Shown here in pieces: positions 63,301 through 64,000 of a stretch of 64,000 bases of DNA. This DNA comes from Candidatus Harrisonbacteria bacterium RIFCSPLOWO2_01_FULL_44_18 (lineage in GTDB: Bacteria > Patescibacteriota > Minisyncoccia > UBA6257 > WO2-44-18), in NCBI GenBank assembly GCA_001817915.1, contig MHJJ01000014.1, positions 3,695-67,694 on the forward strand, written 5' to 3'. Below the pieces are notes generated by a model. The model ran no database searches. It saw only the letters and a list, made by a program, of their open reading frames with translations, and was not told the origin of the DNA. Made by a program: the position numbers and the translations under genes. How positions within the stretch are numbered: position 1 is the first letter of the stretch; each line of letters begins with the position of its first letter.

Positions 63301-63553
63301 CAGAGAAGAAGAAAGAGAAAAATTACCGAAAGAGGGGATTAATTTACAGCGCTATAAAGGTCTTGGCGAAATGAATCCGGAACAGCTTTGGGAAACGACC
63401 ATGGATCCGGCCAAAAGAGCATTGAGGATAGTGAAGGTGGATGATGTCGAAGAGGCTGATAGAATGTTTGATGTTTTGATGGGTGAAGACGTTGAGCCGA
63501 GGAAAAATTTTATACAAGCCCACGCTCTTTCAGTTAAAAACTTCGATATATAA
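60320..63553 (+). CDS. gyrB: DNA gyrase subunit B, interrupted by an intein
   Basis: 1077 aa. The exteins total 643 aa and carry the GLHHLIYEVVDNSIDEA, EGDSAGG / S-KQGRDR, PLKGKILNVEK and LMTDADVDGSHI motifs. Confidence 0.95.
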   Translation: MAKTKAKKASKNEEKQPSYTAKDIYVLEGLEPVRKRPGMYIGTTDVAGLHHLIYEVVDNSIDEAMAGYAKNIQVEFLPGNRIAVTDDGRGIPVEIHKQTKKSALETVMTTLHAGGKFGGESYKVSGGLHGVGVSVVCALSKWMKAEVCRDKGLYVQEYERGKPQYKVKKIAKCDSTGTKVTFEPDPEIFKTIEFDRKRVLDHLRQQAFLTKGARIEVIDIREKTPFYHAFYFDGGLLSFIKFLNRSEKPLQETPFYINKTSEGVEVEAVFTYNNELEIQELSFANNIYTPDGGMHLTGFRSALTRTLNDYARGNDYVKKDEDNLTGDDVREGLVAIVSVKIREPQFEGQTKARLGNSEARTAVEGVIGEALKEFLERNSVDARRIMEKCLLAAKARKAAKAAKETVLRKGILEGLTLPGKLADCSSRNPEESELFIVEGDSAGGCFFGETKVALLDGRNISFKDLVEEEKKGKKNFCYTIKKDGHIGVAPILNPRITRQNAKVAKVILDNGQEIICTPGHKFMLRDGTFREAKDLNCRDSLMPLYRKKSEIGGRITIDGYEMVYNPKENFWRFTHVLSDGLNLENKTYFETNGPQRHHKDFNKLNNNPNNITRLSKEDHFRIHQEIALTVLRSPEVLEKLRKIRQSPEYRNRISKKMREPRMRAILSERAKKQWENENYKKFMAQKFLGFYKNNEEYRNKNKKLLYKSQMEYWNNEDNRKKQAERVRNYFHKNLVIRSWLSQIAKQQWDDSALIKWRANKTKEQWTQAFRIKRSMAYSKTYKEKALKLLKELFDGNGKIEKGEYTRERLIRKDKSILRYETICERFFDSDENKLKEAVINYNHKIKAVIPLEEKMDVYDIEVPNTHNFALASGVFVHNSSKQGRDRRTQAILPLKGKILNVEKSRIDKMLLNKEIKALVVAIGTAIAESFDINKLRYHKVILMTDADVDGSHIRTLLLTLFYRYFPQIIDEGHLYIAQPPLYRVQKGKEISYIYREEEREKLPKEGINLQRYKGLGEMNPEQLWETTMDPAKRALRIVKVDDVEEADRMFDVLMGEDVEPRKNFIQAHALSVKNFDI
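61652..62953 (+). mobile_element. GyrB intein (434 aa) with an HNH-type endonuclease motif
   Basis: Starts at Cys (CFFGETKVALLDG), has block B TPGHKF, and ends VFVHN followed by Ser. Inserted within EGDSAGG|SxKQGRDR. The internal segment HHKDFNKLNNNPNNITRLSKEDHFRIH looks HNH-like. Confidence 0.88.
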
Positions 63554-63630
63554 GAACGGAGAGGTTAGATGCGACAGATGGGGGTTGGGGGTTGACAATT
63601 CATCAAAAATTTACTAAAATATAAAATAAT

Positions 63631-63816
63631 ATGTTAGCTAAATTTCAGGCGTTCCTACAAGAATCGAAACAAGAATTTAAGAGAATCAACTGGCCGGATT
63701 TTCAGGAAACCAGGCGTTTAACTTTAATCGTTATAGGGTTGTCGCTCGGGGTAGCAATTTTTCTGGGCTTGCTGGATTTTATATTCAGCAGTTTATTGCA
63801 GAAATTGATTTTATAA
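63631..63816 (+). CDS. secE: preprotein translocase subunit SecE
   Basis: 61 aa. Contains EFKRINWPDFQETRRLTLIVIGLSLGVAIFLGLLD, a single TM segment, and sits upstream of nusG. Confidence 0.85.
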   Translation: MLAKFQAFLQESKQEFKRINWPDFQETRRLTLIVIGLSLGVAIFLGLLDFIFSSLLQKLIL

Positions 63817-63893
63817 CTCCACCAATATACTAATCAAGCACCAATATACAAATTCGTATATTCGCGCTATATTCGCCATATTGGCGAAGTAAC
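63817..63893. repeat. stop-to-start junction repeat (actccaccaatat family), copy 2
   Basis: Begins right after the secE TAA and ends right before the nusG ATG. Shares long blocks with 49111-49196. Confidence 0.85.
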
Positions 63894-64000
63894 ATGAAGA
63901 CTGAAGAAAAAAAATTAACTAGACATTGGTATGCCATTCATACTTATTCCGGATATGAAGACGCAGTGTCTCGTTATTTAAAACAAAGGGTTGAGTCGTT
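63894..64000 (+). CDS. nusG: transcription antitermination factor NusG (5' partial, runs off window end)
   Basis: MKTEEKKLTRHWYAIHTYSGYEDAVSRYLKQRVE is a typical NusG NGN start. Conserved secE-nusG synteny. Confidence 0.85.
   Translation, partial: MKTEEKKLTRHWYAIHTYSGYEDAVSRYLKQRVES

Overview
AT-rich (about 40% GC by eye) bacterial chromosome fragment. The gene content and style point to a small-genome Candidate Phyla Radiation / Patescibacteria (Parcubacteria-like) organism, but that assignment is inference only. Most of the window is housekeeping: glyQS, metG, leuS, pheS/pheT, gatC/gatA, rplS, folD, recO, ligA, metK, glmS, murD, tdk, gyrB, secE and the start of nusG. It also holds a P-type ATPase, proteases, and a 14-kb type IV pilus cluster (pilM-N-O, pilB, pilT, pilC, pilin, pilD, several minor pilins, and an 838-aa repeat-rich putative surface protein) next to comF. 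I found no rRNA, CRISPR array, transposase or integrase.

The unusual content is at the DNA/RNA level:
1. Two complete tRNA genes (Arg-CCU and Ala-UGC) sit inside the cloverleaf of a second, different tRNA gene of the same anticodon. Two more intact tRNAs (Ser-UGA, Met-CAU) are preceded by orphan 5' tRNA halves. Several tRNAs carry inverted repeats that extend the acceptor stem.
2. Several families of palindromic elements and heptanucleotide tandem repeats are present. Many are inserted in frame in essential genes (tatD twice, pheS twice, glyQS, leuS, metG, murD, gatA, pheT, ligA, rplS).
3. Compound nested palindromes of 160-275 nt fill many intergenic gaps, and some supply gene ends or ribosome-binding sites.
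4. A roughly 140-nt repeat runs exactly from stop codon to start codon at three junctions in the pilus operon.
5. A 0.6-kb island of about 60% GC with its own promoter, membrane-protein ORF and terminator lies directly 3' of tRNA-Leu.
6. gyrB carries a 434-aa intein with an HNH-type endonuclease motif.

All calls come from reading the sequence and ORF translations. No searches were run.
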